Part shown: piece after piece, positions 38,955-49,376 of the stretch | Layout of the letters: every line of letters begins with the position of its first letter | How positions within the stretch are numbered: position 1 is the first letter of the stretch | DNA from: an uncultured Candidatus Saccharibacteria bacterium | GTDB taxonomy: Bacteria > Patescibacteriota > Minisyncoccia > Phycocordibacterales > Phycocordibacteraceae | Assembly (NCBI GenBank): GCA_964398865.1 | Contig: CAYNOO010000004.1 | Span: 1 to 62,469, forward strand | Reading direction: 5' to 3' | Length of the DNA: 62,469 nt | Translations under genes and position numbers: made by a program | The notes under the pieces: model-generated | What the model saw: only the letters and a program-made list of their open reading frames with translations | What the model was told of the DNA's origin: nothing | The model's database searches: none

Positions 38955-39704
38955 TTAAATGATAGTAAGTTCTAAAGGACTGTGATCGGATACTCGATCA
39001 GACAGAATATGGACGCGAGAGCGTTTCGCTGTTTTCACATCTGCGAATAGATGATCAGTTTTGAACCGAAGTCCGATGCCTAGTTTCGCGAGAAAGACAG
39101 CACTGCTGTTAACTATGTTTGGATGGGGCTCGCTGTAGCGGCTATCCAATGTTGGACCGAGACGACGTGTCGTTGCGATAAATTCCGGAGACATAAGATC
39201 GCACGCGCGTTTTACCTCGCCTGGAAAGCCTAGATTAAAATCGCCTCCGACCACAAGGGGTATTTCGGTATCAGTTTCTTTTAACAGACTTTGCTTGAGC
39301 GCGATCACTTCCCTTGCGCGCACAGAGGGACGCAAACCCGAATGCAGATGCACTGATCCAACTTGAATGTCACTTCTAGTAATTCTGAATGTACCGAGTA
39401 ACATGCCAAAGCCTGGATGCTGGAGGGGTGGTGACGGATGCATGCGTCCGAAAGAATCTAAGCTGCTCTTCTTCAATGTAAATGTATCGCGATAGATAAT
39501 ACACAAGTGGCTTTGCGCCCCCATGATTTCATCGAAAGCTTGGAGTAGTTGATATGGCCCAGTGTTGCGAATCAAAGACAAAACTTTTTCATCGACTTCT
39601 TGAAGCAGAATAAAATCATACACTCCGCTCTCAAGAATACTTTTCATGAAAGCAGACAATAAGGGGTGAAAAGCCTTCTGAGTATTCAGACTGAGTATAC
39701 GCAT
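38955..39704 (-). CDS. Endonuclease/exonuclease/phosphatase (EEP) family protein
   Basis: MRILSLN, LLQEV, SVHL, GDFN, TDH, SDH.P. Start moved from 39752. Confidence 0.85.
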   Translation of the reverse strand: MRILSLNTQKAFHPLLSAFMKSILESGVYDFILLQEVDEKVLSLIRNTGPYQLLQAFDEIMGAQSHLCIIYRDTFTLKKSSLDSFGRMHPSPPLQHPGFGMLLGTFRITRSDIQVGSVHLHSGLRPSVRAREVIALKQSLLKETDTEIPLVVGGDFNLGFPGEVKRACDLMSPEFIATTRRLGPTLDSRYSEPHPNIVNSSAVFLAKLGIGLRFKTDHLFADVKTAKRSRVHILSDRVSDHSPLELTII

Positions 39705-39729
39705 GAGACTCAGTATAAGTGTTTTTGAA

Positions 39730-39907
39730 GCGCGGCTGATGAGTTTGGTCACAAATATTTCCTCGCCGCTGCTCGGAAATTTTGCGACCCCCGCTCACCT
39801 GTTTTGACTTCTGCCAAAACATGGTTCCGCCCGTCAGCACCCATACGAAAGTGAAGTAGGTCACTTTCTCAGCCGCCAAACTAAAATCCCCTTTCGGGGA
39901 TTTAAAG
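39730..39907. repeat. tRNA-3'-associated structured element, Asp copy
   Basis: Direct repeat 39730-39741 = 39910-39921; inverted copy 39833-39844 + 39870-39878 split by 25-nt hairpin 39845-39869. Confidence 0.85.
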
Positions 39908-39982
39908 TGGCGCGGCTGATGGGTGCTGACCCCACGACCTCTCGCGTGACAGGCGAGTGCTCTACCGTTGAGCTACAGCCGC
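39908..39982 (-). tRNA. tRNA-Asp(GTC), atypical T-loop
   Basis: GCGGCTG/CAGCCGC, G73, CCA, CTCGC-CTGTCAC-GCGAG, T-loop GTCAGCA. Confidence 0.9.
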
Positions 39983-40125
39983 AAGCGAGGAAGAAAATGA
40001 AAACCTATTTTCATTTTTTCCGAGTGAAGCGGCTGAAAGCTTTGCTTACAGCCGCAAGTGAAGAACTAATAAACGCCTGCGGTTATTAGTTCCGAGCGTC
40101 AACTGCATGAGTACATACAGCCCAC
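39983..40125 (-). repeat. tRNA-5'-end repeat array upstream of tRNA-Asp
   Basis: Copies of tRNA nt 1-9 at 40047-40055 and (degenerate) 40116-40125; linker AGCAAAGCTTTCA; intervening hairpins. Confidence 0.75.
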
Positions 40126-40184
40126 GTATTCGCGATTCTACCAGAAAAAGCCCTTAAAAACGAGCGCGAGCAGTCCGCTCTACA

Positions 40185-40332
40185 TTGTGTCGGGAGGAGG
40201 CTTGGTCACCTGTTCTCGCTGCGCGAGCCAGTCGACCCCACCTCGTCTGTCGCAAGCGACATGACTCCGGTTTGCAAGTCCTCCACGTCCTGTACTCAAG
40301 TACAGGACTTCCCGAACAATCGCTTCGCTTTG
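40185..40332. repeat. tRNA-3'-associated structured element, CAT copy
   Basis: 16-bp direct repeat 40185-40200 = 40330-40345; inverted copy 40273-40284 + 40310-40319 split by 25-nt hairpin 40285-40309. Confidence 0.85.
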
Positions 40333-40406
40333 TGTCGGGAGGAGGACTTGCACCTCCGACCTAGGGCTTATGAGTCCCTCGCTCTAACTACCTGAGCTAT
40401 CCCGAC
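40333..40406 (-). tRNA. tRNA with CAT anticodon (Ile2 or elongator Met), atypical T-loop
   Basis: GTCGGGA/TCCCGAC, A73, loop CTCATAA, T-loop TGCAAGT; G1:C72 pair so not initiator. Confidence 0.9.
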
Positions 40407-40454
40407 AAACACCGTCGTAGCTAACGCCCGACAATGACACTAATCTAGCACTAT

Positions 40455-41135
40455 TCAGGATTTCCTCAAAAGCGCTTCTGCACTCGCGACATCCTCTGGA
40501 TACGTAACGGTAATCCACTGATTCTGGCGTACCACTGACACTGGCTTTTCTTTTGCGATCATCGAAAGCAAGTCCGTAAGAAAGTATTCCCCTAAACGCT
40601 CATTCAAAACGGGTTCGACTGCAAAGATATCCGGCGCAAGAATCATTGCTCCTGCATTCACGAGAGAGCTCGAGGGATGCTCCGGTTTTTCAACAATCGT
40701 CCGCAACGTGCCGTCTGGGTTAAGCTCAACGACGCCGTACCGCTCCGGATGTTCGCGCTCTGCCGCAAATAGACAGTATTCATACTCCGCGCCTTTACTG
40801 AATGCTTCCTTGTCGCCAATATCATCACCATAGAGCATGATGAATTTCTCATTGATAAACTCTTTCGCTAGATACACGGCATTCCAGGTTCCTAATTGTT
40901 TTTCTTGGACAACGTAGCGGATAGACTTCCCTTTCCACTCGTCTCCGAAATATTCTCGTATTTTTTCTCCCTTGTACCCGATGATAATTACAATGTCCGT
41001 AACTGCATCTGGAAGTTGTTCTAACACATACTCCAAGACTGGCTTGCCGTTAAGCAGCACCATTCCTTTCGGGCGGTCATCGGTGAGCGGGCGCAAACGC
41101 GTTCCCTCCCCTCCTGCGAGTATCAAAGCTTGCAT
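40455..41135 (-). CDS. Sugar-phosphate nucleotidyltransferase (NTP_transferase)
   Basis: ILAGGEGTRLRPLT..PKGM, QEKQLGT, YGDD, EKP. Start moved from 41156. Confidence 0.9.
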   Translation of the reverse strand: MQALILAGGEGTRLRPLTDDRPKGMVLLNGKPVLEYVLEQLPDAVTDIVIIIGYKGEKIREYFGDEWKGKSIRYVVQEKQLGTWNAVYLAKEFINEKFIMLYGDDIGDKEAFSKGAEYEYCLFAAEREHPERYGVVELNPDGTLRTIVEKPEHPSSSLVNAGAMILAPDIFAVEPVLNERLGEYFLTDLLSMIAKEKPVSVVRQNQWITVTYPEDVASAEALLRKS

Positions 41136-41167
41136 AACTCTTCGATGATAACTCAAAAAACTAAACT

Positions 41168-41372
41168 TTGTTATACGGATCGGATTCGGTCACGAGTCAC
41201 GTAAGTATTTTTCTTCGAAAGCTCAAAAAATACTAAGTGCTCTCGACCCCGCCTCGTCTGCCGCAAACGGCATGACTCCGGCTTTCGAATCCTGACGTGA
41301 ACGAAGCAGTTCGTTCACTGCCCTCGCAAAAGCTATGAAAAAACCGGCTCAACGCCGGTTTTTTCGTGCTTG
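41168..41372. repeat. tRNA-3'-associated structured element, fMet copy
   Basis: Degenerate direct repeat 41168-41188 vs 41370-41390; inverted copy 41284-41294 + 41320-41329 split by 25-nt hairpin 41295-41319; terminator-like hairpin 41338-41364. Confidence 0.8.
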
Positions 41373-41443
41373 TTGCGGGGCCAGGATTCGAACCTGGGTC
41401 TGGAGGTTATGAGCCTCCTGAGGTACCACTCCTCCACCCCGCT
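41373..41443 (-). tRNA. Initiator tRNA-fMet(CAT)
   Basis: A1:A72 mismatch, A11:U24, GCGGGG/CCCCGC acceptor; anticodon stem GGAGG/CCTCC. Confidence 0.85.
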
Positions 41444-41528
41444 ATAGAGGGCAATAATACGCCGAATCGACCTACACTTCAAGCTAGGCGGAAATAAGAA
41501 AAAAAGCTATAGTTCGTTTCTTTCCACT

Positions 41529-41786
41529 ATGACTTCAGAAATTAATGCCCGGGAAGAATTGAAAATTCTTGGCGACGAATTGCGAACACAGCTGAATCAC
41601 TTTGCTGATCCAGAAACAGCATTGAGTCCGCACACAAGCTTAGGACGATGGGTACATAATCTAGCTGACTTAATGATAGGAATGCGCATGCGTGTTTCGG
41701 GTGGCGGAGTAGTAGAAACAGGTGAGCTACAAAATGTGCGGGCAAAACTTGCGAGGCTAAAATCAATCGCAGTTAGATACAAATAA
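41529..41786 (+). CDS. Hypothetical protein (85 aa)
   Basis: Fills intergenic gap, helical composition; no motif recognised. Confidence 0.45.
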   Translation: MTSEINAREELKILGDELRTQLNHFADPETALSPHTSLGRWVHNLADLMIGMRMRVSGGGVVETGELQNVRAKLARLKSIAVRYK

Positions 41787-41829
41787 ATAGTTGAATCGAC
41801 CTCTGATTCAAGTAGGTTATAATTTTCTG

Positions 41830-42096
41830 ATGAGCTGGCAGGATATTATTCTTTCCATCGGGCAATATGTTTTCGTCATCGCGCTCCTGCCGTCGGTCTT
41901 TGGCAAAGATAAGCCTGCTCTTTCCTCAAGTTTAATTACTGCCATCATCTTGGCAATTTTCAGCCTCGTGTATTCCACGCTTGATCTGTGGAGTTCGACG
42001 GTAGCGTCCGGCATCGTTTCCGCTACGTGGTTTCTTTTAGCGTGGCAGCAATACAGAAAGAAAAAAGTTTCGGCTTCTGATTCAACAGGGGGTTAG
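41830..42096 (+). CDS. Small membrane protein (PQ-loop-like)
   Basis: MSWQDIILSIG...LLPSV; three TM; TATAAT 6 nt upstream. Start moved from 41791. Confidence 0.6.
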   Translation: MSWQDIILSIGQYVFVIALLPSVFGKDKPALSSSLITAIILAIFSLVYSTLDLWSSTVASGIVSATWFLLAWQQYRKKKVSASDSTGG

Positions 42097-42866
42097 ATGA
42101 AATCGAATTCTTGAAATACCTGCTCGTACAATTTCATTACGCGAAAGGCTTCCTGCTGAGTAAGAATATAACTTGAAGAAGAAGCCGCGACGAAATTTCT
42201 GATGCGATGCGCTTCCCAAGCAAACGGTAGTGTCACGAATGCATTCTCAGGAACCAACCTGATTTGCTCTGAAGTTGTTTTCCCGGCATAGCCTAATTTC
42301 TCAAACATCTCTCCCAGCATCGTGTCAGCTTCAAGGATGCCCTGGCGCCAACGCTTCGGGTCATTGGATCTTGCGCCATCGAGCAAAAGCTGCCAGCGTT
42401 CTCGAAGTGGATGTACTACTGTCTCAGCAGGCGGCAAAGTTCCATACAAGGAGCCTTCACTAAAACGGAGTGAAAAAAGATACACAAGAAGCCCGACGAT
42501 AGCGACGAAAAGAAGCCCTGAAACCGTGTAGGCAATAAAACTATACAGAGACCAAATGAAAGAGATTACCGCTCCAATAAAATTTCCTACAAAAAAAATT
42601 GCGTCTGCAATAAAGCCAAATGGACCACTATGAACTATAGGTTGACCGAGGGATCCAGCTGATCCGTTTCCTCCGAAAAGCCAACTCCAAAAATCCACAT
42701 TGCCTGACGGACTTGCACCGCCTCCCGTAGACGCTCCGCTCGTTAGCGTTGCATTCACATCTCCCGTCACTAAATCAACTTCCGTACACTTTCCACCGAA
42801 AATGGAGTAGATAAGGCAATACCAATACTGGAGATTGACGTACTTAAGGTAGAGAGGTTCCATCAT
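42093..42866 (-). CDS. Conserved hypothetical membrane protein
   Basis: TM segment then W..L...S.DP..WR..ILEAD..L...G.T..E..AW.AH.IRN. Confidence 0.6.
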   Translation of the reverse strand: MMEPLYLKYVNLQYWYCLIYSIFGGKCTEVDLVTGDVNATLTSGASTGGGASPSGNVDFWSWLFGGNGSAGSLGQPIVHSGPFGFIADAIFFVGNFIGAVISFIWSLYSFIAYTVSGLLFVAIVGLLVYLFSLRFSEGSLYGTLPPAETVVHPLRERWQLLLDGARSNDPKRWRQGILEADTMLGEMFEKLGYAGKTTSEQIRLVPENAFVTLPFAWEAHRIRNFVAASSSSYILTQQEAFRVMKLYEQVFQEFDFI

Positions 42867-44278
42867 AGAGTCTCGCCCAGAAGGTCTCGAGCGATATCAA
42901 ACAGTGAGGCTTCGGTACGCTTTGGGCTCATAAACTGTATACCCACCGGCAACTCAACCCCATCCCGAGTCACTTTATTCATCGGTACTGAGATTGCCGG
43001 AATACCGGTCAAGTTTGCCGGAGCTGCAAATATGTCTTCAAGATACATAGAAACCGGGTCGCTCTTCTCCCCTATCTTGAAAGCAGGTCCCGGCGTCGTT
43101 GGAGTAGCGATGAACGCAACATCCGCAAACGCTTTTTTCAAATCATTCGCAAGAACGCTCCGAAGCGCAGTCGCTCGTTTGTAGTATGCGTCGTAATGAC
43201 CAGACGAAAGTACGTGCGCGCCCAAAATAACACGGCGTTTCGTTTCAGGACCAAAGCCCGCCGAGCGTGACTGCTCATATTCTTCAAGAAGATTTTTCCC
43301 TTCATGTGAAAGCCCGTAGCGCATGCCATCAAAGCGCGCCAGGTTAGTAGAAACTTCAGCGGGCATCACGATGTAATACGCAGCAAGCCCGTACGGAGCG
43401 GACGGAAATTCTATATCAACGATTTCATATCCCTTCCCGCGTAACGTGTCCAAAGTTTTTTCAAAATTCTCACGCACATCCGGCTGCGCATCTTTTACGA
43501 ACTCGCGCGGTATGCCGATGCGTTTATTTGAAACACGCGTCTCACCCTGGTTTGGCAATGTCGTGCCATCAAGCGGGTCAGCCCCTCGCATCACATCAAA
43601 CACGAGCTTCGCATCATGAACCGTGTGCGTAATAGGACCTATCTGATCCAGCGAAGAACCCATAGCGATGAGCCCTGAGCGCGATACCTCACCATACGTT
43701 GGCTTCAATCCCACAAGCCCACACAAACTCACTGGCTGGCGTATGGAGCCGCAGGTTTCCGATCCAAGCGCAATAGGTGCCAAGTGCGCGGCAACCGCTG
43801 CGGCAGAGCCGCCTGACGAGCCGCCAGGAACGCGCAGAGTGTCGTGGGGATTTCTTGTTGGACCATACGCGGAGTGTTCAGTAGAAGAACCCATGGCAAA
43901 CTCGTCCATGTTGGTGCGACCCAAAAAAATTGCTCCGGCATCCTTGAGGCGCGCTATCGCGGTCGCATCATAGGTTGCAACATGATTCTCAAGCATTTTG
44001 GATGCCGCGCTCGCACGCTTCCCTTTTATCAAGATATTGTCTTTGACTGCAATGGGAACACCGGTGAGAAGATGAGCAGCGTCTCCTTTCCGAGCGAGAA
44101 GCTTGTCGGCGTCCTCCGCTTTCGTCACGACGTCATCAAATACTTCAAGATACGCATTGAGCGCAGGGTTTTCTTTCTCAATACGCGCTACGTGCGCCTT
44201 CGCAACATCCACCGCAGAAAAAGTCCGCGCGCGGTAGCCTTTTGCCAATTCCTTTGCTGATAAGTCTGTGAGGTCCAT
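42863..44278 (-). CDS. gatA: Asp/Glu-tRNA amidotransferase subunit A
   Basis: AVKDN, NMDEFAMGSSTE, PGGSSGGSAAA, GSETCGSIRQP. Confidence 0.95.
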   Translation of the reverse strand: MDLTDLSAKELAKGYRARTFSAVDVAKAHVARIEKENPALNAYLEVFDDVVTKAEDADKLLARKGDAAHLLTGVPIAVKDNILIKGKRASAASKMLENHVATYDATAIARLKDAGAIFLGRTNMDEFAMGSSTEHSAYGPTRNPHDTLRVPGGSSGGSAAAVAAHLAPIALGSETCGSIRQPVSLCGLVGLKPTYGEVSRSGLIAMGSSLDQIGPITHTVHDAKLVFDVMRGADPLDGTTLPNQGETRVSNKRIGIPREFVKDAQPDVRENFEKTLDTLRGKGYEIVDIEFPSAPYGLAAYYIVMPAEVSTNLARFDGMRYGLSHEGKNLLEEYEQSRSAGFGPETKRRVILGAHVLSSGHYDAYYKRATALRSVLANDLKKAFADVAFIATPTTPGPAFKIGEKSDPVSMYLEDIFAAPANLTGIPAISVPMNKVTRDGVELPVGIQFMSPKRTEASLFDIARDLLGETL

Positions 44279-44283
44279 AAAAA

Positions 44284-44577
44284 TTAACCCAAAACTTTCT
44301 TCACCTTCACGTAATTTCCTTCCCGGCGAGGCACCTGTGCCAAAAGGTCTTCGGTATATTTTCCAGCCTCATGAGGGTTTACATCCTCCCGCATGACATT
44401 CTCTATATCCAAATGCGCAGACGAGCTATTGCTCTCTGGCAGAGGTACCTTCTGCACCACATCTATATATGAAACGATTGCATCGATTTCTCCTTGGAGC
44501 TTTGCGATTTCCTCATCCGTGAGGGAAAGACGACCCAAAACGGCGAGTTTTCGTACATCGTCAGCGCTGATTGCCAT
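44284..44577 (-). CDS. gatC: Asp/Glu-tRNA amidotransferase subunit C
   Basis: V.KLA.L.RL...E, MRED, L...P...G.YVKVKKVL. Start moved from 44619. Confidence 0.9.
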   Translation of the reverse strand: MAISADDVRKLAVLGRLSLTDEEIAKLQGEIDAIVSYIDVVQKVPLPESNSSSAHLDIENVMREDVNPHEAGKYTEDLLAQVPRREGNYVKVKKVLG

Positions 44578-44621
44578 TCCCGGCATTTTATCACGGAGCG
44601 CGCGTAGGCGCATGAACACTG

Positions 44622-46667
<2,046 letters not shown>

Positions 46668-46689
46668 CTAGAAACGTATTTCTTCAAAA

Positions 46690-46806
46690 TCAGCAATTGA
46701 AGAATAGCGAGCATACGATGCAGCATCTATTTGGCGTACTGAGCACGGCGCCACATCCTCCTTTACATGAATACTCACCCCCTGATTCAAAATTTTCAGC
46801 GTTCAT
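46690..46806 (-). CDS. Six-cysteine small peptide 2 (38 aa): MNAENFESGGEYSCKGGCGAVLSTPNRCCIVCSLFFNC
   Basis: Own translation, below ORF-track cutoff; paralog of adjacent peptide with synonymous-biased divergence. Confidence 0.75.
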   Translation of the reverse strand: MNAENFESGGEYSCKGGCGAVLSTPNRCCIVCSLFFNC

Positions 46807-46813
46807 GTATACC

Positions 46814-46924
46814 TTAGCACTTTCTTGCTATTGAACAGATGACGCAACATTTCCCTGGCGCACTGAGCATCCCACCGCATCCTCCTTTGCAGGGGAATTC
46901 ACCACCCGGACCCGTCCTATCCAT
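46814..46924 (-). CDS. Six-cysteine small peptide 1 (36 aa): MDRTGPGGEFPCKGGCGGMLSAPGKCCVICSIARKC
   Basis: Own translation; alternative in-frame ATGs at 46942 and 46954. Confidence 0.75.
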   Translation of the reverse strand: MDRTGPGGEFPCKGGCGGMLSAPGKCCVICSIARKC

Positions 46925-47038
46925 GTTCCCTTCTGCTCTCATATCAAGATGCATTGTGAAGAAAGAAATCTACTCTGGCAATTCCTCACTGAATCGATAA
47001 GGCTTGAACCCATCTAATTTAATAAAAACGCCACGATA

Positions 47039-47611
47039 TCAACTAACCGCATTTAACATTTTATTCTTCCTATACTCCCGTTCAACGCGGAAAGCAACCC
47101 AAATAGGTCCTATGCCGATTATCCAGAAAAAAATCGCACCGACATTGAAGTGCGAAGAAGAAAGGAAAAAAGTACTAGCAAACTTGTCTAGCGTGTAATA
47201 GAGACCGAGACCTGCAATCGCCCACAAATGACCTTTATAAGTAAAGTAAAGAAGCGGAATATAGATAATCAAACTCCAAAAAACATCCCAAAATGATATT
47301 TGTATATCGCTACCGACCAAGTTTATCAAAATTACGAATGTTAGACCAATTGCAAGTAGCGCAAGAATCGTGAGTACCGCGATACCTCTTGAAGACTTAG
47401 AGAACGGCAGTACATCATGTTTCTCAATCTGCAACTTTAATTCTTCGTCAGAAATATTAAACGTATTAAGAAAGCCGTTCTTTTTCTTTGATGCTTTTGT
47501 GTCTTTGGTTTCTTCAGAAGGTATCCCTGCAATTAATGCCTGACCACATTTTGCACAAAACTTCTCATGTCCTTTTTGTGCACCACCACAGTTTGAACAA
47601 TAGATATTCAT
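47039..47611 (-). CDS. Zinc-ribbon N-terminal membrane protein
   Basis: MNIYCSNCG...FCAKCG then about 4 TM. Start moved from 47668. Confidence 0.7.
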   Translation of the reverse strand: MNIYCSNCGGAQKGHEKFCAKCGQALIAGIPSEETKDTKASKKKNGFLNTFNISDEELKLQIEKHDVLPFSKSSRGIAVLTILALLAIGLTFVILINLVGSDIQISFWDVFWSLIIYIPLLYFTYKGHLWAIAGLGLYYTLDKFASTFFLSSSHFNVGAIFFWIIGIGPIWVAFRVEREYRKNKMLNAVS

Positions 47612-47621
47612 AAAAAAATAA

Positions 47622-48191
47622 TTAATATAGTTTTTTAAACTCCTTTTTCCATATCGGCTTAGTAGCAAAAACCACGTACTGTACTCCTAAACGTATAAGC
47701 TTAAGAATCGTCCAAGTCATTAACAACGCCAAAAGGCTATAGAAGAACCAAGGTCCATAATCTGCTTCATTATACGAGGGAACAAAAGTGTAGTTCTTAT
47801 AAGCAGGGGCGCTGTAGGAATAATAATTAGTCCTGTCATAAGCACAAAGTATTCTCGCCTTTTCGTCATCGTAAGAACTCAAACTATCACCGTAAAGGTA
47901 AATGCTATTGTTTCCTGGAGCATAGCTTTTGCCGTTATTACATTGGATTGTGGAGAGATTCTCATCCAAGGTACGATGTGGTATAGAAGAAAATGCAGCG
48001 ACACAAACAACTCCTATACTCCCCACATACAAAAGAATGTACGCGACCTTTAAAAGCCTATACCACCATTTTTCTCCTGATGCGGGAGTGATAAAAATAC
48101 GCTTGTTACTTTCGGAATGAACAGGTGCGCCACATTTCGTACAAAACTTATCGGAGCTATCTAATTTGTTGCCGCATTTTTCGCAAAACAT
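47622..48191 (-). CDS. Zinc-ribbon N-terminal membrane protein
   Basis: MFCEKCG...FCTKCG, TM, extracytoplasmic loop with 2 Cys, TM. Confidence 0.7.
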   Translation of the reverse strand: MFCEKCGNKLDSSDKFCTKCGAPVHSESNKRIFITPASGEKWWYRLLKVAYILLYVGSIGVVCVAAFSSIPHRTLDENLSTIQCNNGKSYAPGNNSIYLYGDSLSSYDDEKARILCAYDRTNYYSYSAPAYKNYTFVPSYNEADYGPWFFYSLLALLMTWTILKLIRLGVQYVVFATKPIWKKEFKKLY

Positions 48192-48262
48192 ATACTTAAT
48201 TTATCTACCGCCTTGCAATTGTCGGGCGAAATTGGCTTGTGTGCATTTTTGCGATTTAAATT

Positions 48263-48508
48263 TTATATCTCCGAAGACGGAGTAGGGTTTGCGAAGGAGG
48301 GACCGTTCTCGGTATAGGCGTCAGTCTTGTGTTCACCTGAGATAGCGCGCATAAGCCAGAGACGTTCTTGGCGAACGAGAAATCCTAAACCCATAACGAT
48401 AACTCCAAACAAAACTGCGAACGTCATTTTAATAACGTTAGGAAAACCAGTGAACGGCAAGAATGCGAGTAGGAGACCGAGCACTAATATGGTGGAGCCT
48501 TTTGACAT
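48263..48508 (-). CDS. Small two-TM hypothetical protein
   Basis: LG...AFLPFTGFP...K; TACACT 6 nt upstream. Confidence 0.6.
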   Translation of the reverse strand: MSKGSTILVLGLLLAFLPFTGFPNVIKMTFAVLFGVIVMGLGFLVRQERLWLMRAISGEHKTDAYTENGPSFANPTPSSEI

Positions 48509-48520
48509 ACGGCAAGTGTA

Positions 48521-49198
48521 TCAAGGAGCAAGAATGACGACAAACTCCCCCTTGCCTGAGATATCCCCTGTTTTCAAACGTCCCTGAACTTCTAGCACCG
48601 TCCCGTCGGCTATGTGCTCAAACATCTTGGTAAGTTCTTTAGCAATGACTAGATGCCTTTCTGGAACGCGAAGCGCAAGCTCTTCCATTAATTTCTCCAT
48701 ACGGTGCGGAGATTCATACATAACGACAGTGCGCTTCATTGAAACGACTTCGTCCAAGAGTTTCTGCCTTCCTTTTTTGTGAGGAAGAAAACCAAGAAAA
48801 ACGAATTCATCAGCCGGCACTCCAGCACCTGAAAGGGCTGTAACGACAGCAGAAGGTCCTGGGATGGGGACGACGGACTTCTCACCACACCTCTCCCGAA
48901 CTAGCATCACGATGACGGAGCCGGGGTCTGAAATGCCGGGAGTGCCTGCGTCTGTTACGAGAGCGAGGTTCTCCCCTGCTTCCACCATATCTGCGACCTT
49001 ATCAAACTGAGCGCGTGATGAGCGGGCGTGGAGAGAAAAAAGCGGTACGTGGATATCGTGCCTATCAAGAAGCTTCTTGGTAACACGTGTGTCTTCCGCA
49101 ACAATTCTGTTCACGCCCTTCAGTGTGGAAAGCGCGCGAAGCGTAATGTCCTGCAAATTCCCTATCGGGGTGGCTACTACATACAGTATTCCAGCCAT
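48521..49198 (-). CDS. rsmI: 16S rRNA C1402 2'-O-methyltransferase
   Basis: LYVVATPIGNL.DIT.RA, AEDTR, TDAGTP.ISDPG, YESPHR, KELTK.FE. Start moved from 49255. Confidence 0.93.
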   Translation of the reverse strand: MAGILYVVATPIGNLQDITLRALSTLKGVNRIVAEDTRVTKKLLDRHDIHVPLFSLHARSSRAQFDKVADMVEAGENLALVTDAGTPGISDPGSVIVMLVRERCGEKSVVPIPGPSAVVTALSGAGVPADEFVFLGFLPHKKGRQKLLDEVVSMKRTVVMYESPHRMEKLMEELALRVPERHLVIAKELTKMFEHIADGTVLEVQGRLKTGDISGKGEFVVILAP

Positions 49199-49214
49199 AG
49201 CGATGCGTACGAAA

Positions 49215-49346
49215 TTACCAATCTGTTTTACCAGCTTTAATTTCTCTCCGAACAATTCCAGCTGTCAAAATACCTATCGCTCTACGGAGAGGTCCTTGGT
49301 GCATAAATGACTTTCTTTTGAGATTATTTTCTCTTGTTTCTGACAT
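49215..49346 (-). CDS. Possible 43-aa basic small protein (MSETRENNLKRKSF...AGKTDW)
   Basis: Exactly fills the murC-rsmI gap on the operon strand; no homolog evidence. Confidence 0.3.
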   Translation of the reverse strand: MSETRENNLKRKSFMHQGPLRRAIGILTAGIVRREIKAGKTDW

Positions 49347-49376
49347 AAATGAAATTTACTCTCTAGGCGCTCGTTG

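Noticed and set aside
38179-40125. CRISPR array (short repeats separated by ~40-60 nt spacers near tRNAs)
   Set aside because: The repeats are only 9-22 nt, derive from the adjacent tRNA and differ between loci; the spacers are hairpins; no cas genes are present.
40200-40272. Hammerhead ribozyme in the element core (CAGACGAG resembles CUGANGAG)
   Set aside because: Position 2 is A rather than U, and no GAAA or NUH cleavage triplet lies in the right register.
39730-41372. Group I intron or split/permuted tRNA interpretation of the tRNA duplications
   Set aside because: Each tRNA is contiguous and complete; no P7 or other group I core motifs were recognisable in the 130-200 nt inserts.
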